DNA from: Parasitella parasitica NRRL 2501 | Taxonomy: Eukaryota > Fungi > Mucoromycota | Length of the DNA: 64,000 nucleotides | Direction of reading: 5' to 3' | Assembly (NCBI GenBank): GCA_025201805.1 | Contig: MU619334.1 | Span: 1-64,000, forward strand | In this document: positions 61,191-64,000 of the stretch, in pieces | Layout: the number at the start of each line of letters is the position of its first letter | Position numbering within the stretch: position 1 is the first letter of the stretch | The notes under the pieces: model-generated | Databases searched by the model: none | Told to the model about the DNA's origin: nothing | Seen by the model: the letters and a program-made list of their open reading frames with translations, nothing else | Position numbers and translations under genes: made by a program

Positions 61191-62412
61191 TTAATCTTGC
61201 ATATCATGAGCATCGCCTCCTTGAGACTTGTTTGTCTTTGCCCATCGTAAACCACACGCATTGCATAAACTTTATATTTACAATTAAAAAAAAAAACCAA
61301 ATATGACATGAAATCAACAACTTACGTCTTGGGGCCTCTGGGACCTCTTCTCCACTCAGGAGCGTCGGTTCTTCCACAGTCTGTGCAAATGCGCTCGACA
61401 GCATCTTCATTGTTACGTCTCTGAATGGAAAGAAAGGTAAAAAAAAAAAAAAAAAGTCAATTGCATGTAGCACTCGGATGTAAAGTTACGCTCATACCTT
61501 TTTGCCACCTCTCAAGTTTTCAGTTTCATTGATAGTAGCACCCTCTTCGCCAATGGAAGGAGCAACCAAGGTATTGAACAATTCACCTTCAAGACCCATA
61601 GAGATACCACGAGAACGCTCACCCAAATCAAAGTGGAGACCAGTGAAGAGAGAAACTGATTCAGAAACGCCATAGGTATTAAGAACACCTTGAGTGTAAA
61701 CATTAGCAGATGGTGCAAAGAGCTCTTCGAAATCATCTTCATATTCCTCGTCGTCGAATTCATTCTCACCAAACGAGGCATTGTTGACAGAATCATCGCG
61801 AACGCTGCTACCGGGGGTGTTTGTCAATGTTTCTTGAGGAGAAGGTTCTTGGTGCATGGGTTGCTTGGGAGCAGCTCTGCCTTGACTAGCATTGGCCTTG
61901 GCAATAGCAACCTTGCGCTTCAATATCTCGTTCTCCATCTTGTAATCCAAGAAGGTATCCATCATGCGGGTCATTTCAGCTGGCACACTGCGTGCAGAGC
62001 CAAAAAAGCCTTGTTTGAAAAAGTGGCCTCGAGTTTCCAAGGTAGTATACTTTCCATCTTTTCTCAAGAAACGATAAATAACACGCATTATTGAACCGTT
62101 TGCTTGGGCAGTACGGAATTCACGGCTGAAAATATCGACATCATCGACATGGATGTATTCCGAGAAGCTGTGGCCCATCAATTCGGCTGGCTGATAACCA
62201 AGGAACTCGCGAGAGGCAGGAGAGCAGTACAGCACATTCAAATCAGAGGACAAAACATGGATTACATCTCGAAGCTCCTCTAAAACGTTTTGAGACCAGT
62301 TTTTTCTGCGAGTGAATTCGGCTGGGCCGTTTGACATGGCATTAGAGTTTCTTGTGGTTAAAGCTTGAGAAGCAAACTTGTTGATTTGCATAACAGATTG
62401 TCCTGATTCCAT
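61191..62412 (-). CDS. wc-2: White collar-2 family protein (PAS + GATA zinc finger), 3 exons
   Basis: EFTRRKNWSQNVLEELRDVIHVLS...YCSPAS...IHVDD PAS domain. Spliced ICTDCGRTDAPEWRRGPRGPKT|LCNACGLRWAK GATA finger. Stop at 61191-61193. The specific Mucorales paralog cannot be determined here. Confidence 0.92.
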
Positions 62413-64000
62413 TTTTGTTTTGGTTTGTTTTTATTATTGCACGAAAAGTAAAAGAAGAGTAAAGAACCAAAAAAAAAAAAAGAAAAAAAAAGGGCGAGAT
62501 GGCAAATAGCTATTTATTGACTAGTGCCAACTGAATTTTTTTTTTTTTCCATGTCAATTTTCACTTTATACACATGATAAATTCCGCCTCCCAGGATGTT
62601 GTACCTGCCCCTTTGTTGTTGTTGTTGTTGTTGTGTTGTGCTGTTATCTCCTTACTTGAATCCTCTCCTTTTTGTCATTTTAAAGCAGTTGGATTTCAGA
62701 CATCATCTTTAAATAAGGGCCAAGATCATATGAGACACAACTCTCCTTGTTTTCCTGCCTAGTCAATCTCATATATGCCTTGTCAAAGCACTTGGCTACA
62801 TTTGCCTTGTTTGGCAAAGCAGGAGCAAAGGCGTTGAAAGCTGATTTTGTTTGTATTCTAGATTGATCTTTTTTTCTTATTAAGGTTAGGTTGCAACAAG
62901 CAAGATAGAATTGATGTGAATCCCGGAAGTGATGCGCATCAAGGAGAATACAGCTTATATTTTATTTCCATTATAATACCACATCTTTTTATTTTTATAT
63001 ACGTATACACGATAAATTATCTGTCCTCTGCGACCTTTCCCTGACAGATTTTACATCTATGTCATATTTGATAAAAGCTCGATTGATTTGTGCGACAGGC
63101 GTGGTTGCACTTGTATCTGTGTGAAAAGAAAACTCCATTGCTGTCTGATCAAAACCTTACAACTTTATGCATAATAATTAGACGATTGTTGTTGTTGGTT
63201 TTTTTTTTGTTTTCCCTGTAGTGGCAAATGTGAAAGGGGGGGGGGAGGGGAACGGTCCGTCTTTAAGTTTATCAAAATAGACATTCCTATACAGCTTGTA
63301 CCTCCTTATATGGCACACATAAAAAAAAAAAAGATTGAACTAGAAGTTTCTTTGATCTTGTTTATCAGACTAAAGTTACGAATTAATCAAAAATGCAGCT
63401 CAAACTTTGGTATATATGGTGCTATTTGGGAATCCTGGGTATATATGATATATAAAAACCTGATCATTTGTGTGGGATGTTGAGATAAGCTAACTGCATG
63501 CTGATTTAGATTGAGCACCAGGTAATGGGCATAGATAAGTGCTGGGATAATCCGCAAGTCCTAAATTGCTTGGGTTATATTTCCTATTACAGTGAAAAAC
63601 AACAAGTGCAACGTACTATACAGGCTTTTCATATGCTGTTGTTTCATCGAACTATGGCCTAGTCATTCCAAGCTCTTTTATGGATCAACCCGCTACATAA
63701 ATACACTTTTTTTTTTCGCCACCTTATATTGGTTTCAAAGAGATTTCGTGGCATAAATCAGGGATCGTCCACTATGCAGCCTCATTTATATTTACAGTGT
63801 CAGACACTTTTTACATGTAGATGCTTTTTTTGTTTTTGTTTTTTACCTTTTGACCGGTGTGTGTGAGTAAAGTTATGCATCAAACCTACCAGTAGACGGT
63901 CGCAAAGTGCTCAGCGCTGCTTTGAGTAGCCCATTAAGCTAGGAAAGTGGGCAAAGTATAATGAATAGACTAACGTATTCTACTGTTAGCTACAGCCCTT

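Overview
Intron-rich, AT-rich eukaryotic DNA from an early-diverging fungus, almost certainly Mucorales. The evidence is short GT-AG introns, a fungal-type WKNNGNT WRKY protein, a WC-2 homolog and a MetB-type methyltransferase. Three assembly N-gaps are present. About 19 intact protein-coding genes can be built by splicing the ORF fragments: Tim44-domain MRPL45/Mba1-like, GCFC2/PAXBP1-like, POP7/RPP20, RPS3, RPS1 (eS1), PGAP1/BST1, NEW1-type ABC-F, an X-family DNA polymerase, a large chromatin-reader plus DNA amino-methyltransferase fusion (MetB-like), two tandem VTC polyphosphate-polymerase paralogs, an aldo-keto reductase, NOT3/5, PPP4R1-like, CTI6-like, a Trp-motif-rich disordered protein, SVF1, a WRKY-type TF, COX7 and WC-2. 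POP7 and COX7 are absent from the ORF track. Intergenic gaps hold decayed F-box/LRR-like gene relics and probable transposon debris. The main observations are: (1) a tandem VTC pair with complementary losses, one copy membrane-anchored but with catalytic and SPX ligand residues degraded, the other catalytically intact but with no membrane anchor; (2) the multidomain methyltransferase with a second, degenerate MTase copy, head-to-head with the Pol X gene; (3) a 3-nt microexon in RPS3; (4) a long base-paired stem in RPS1 intron 3. No tRNA, rRNA or CRISPR array was recognised. All family calls come from motif recognition by eye; no searches were run.
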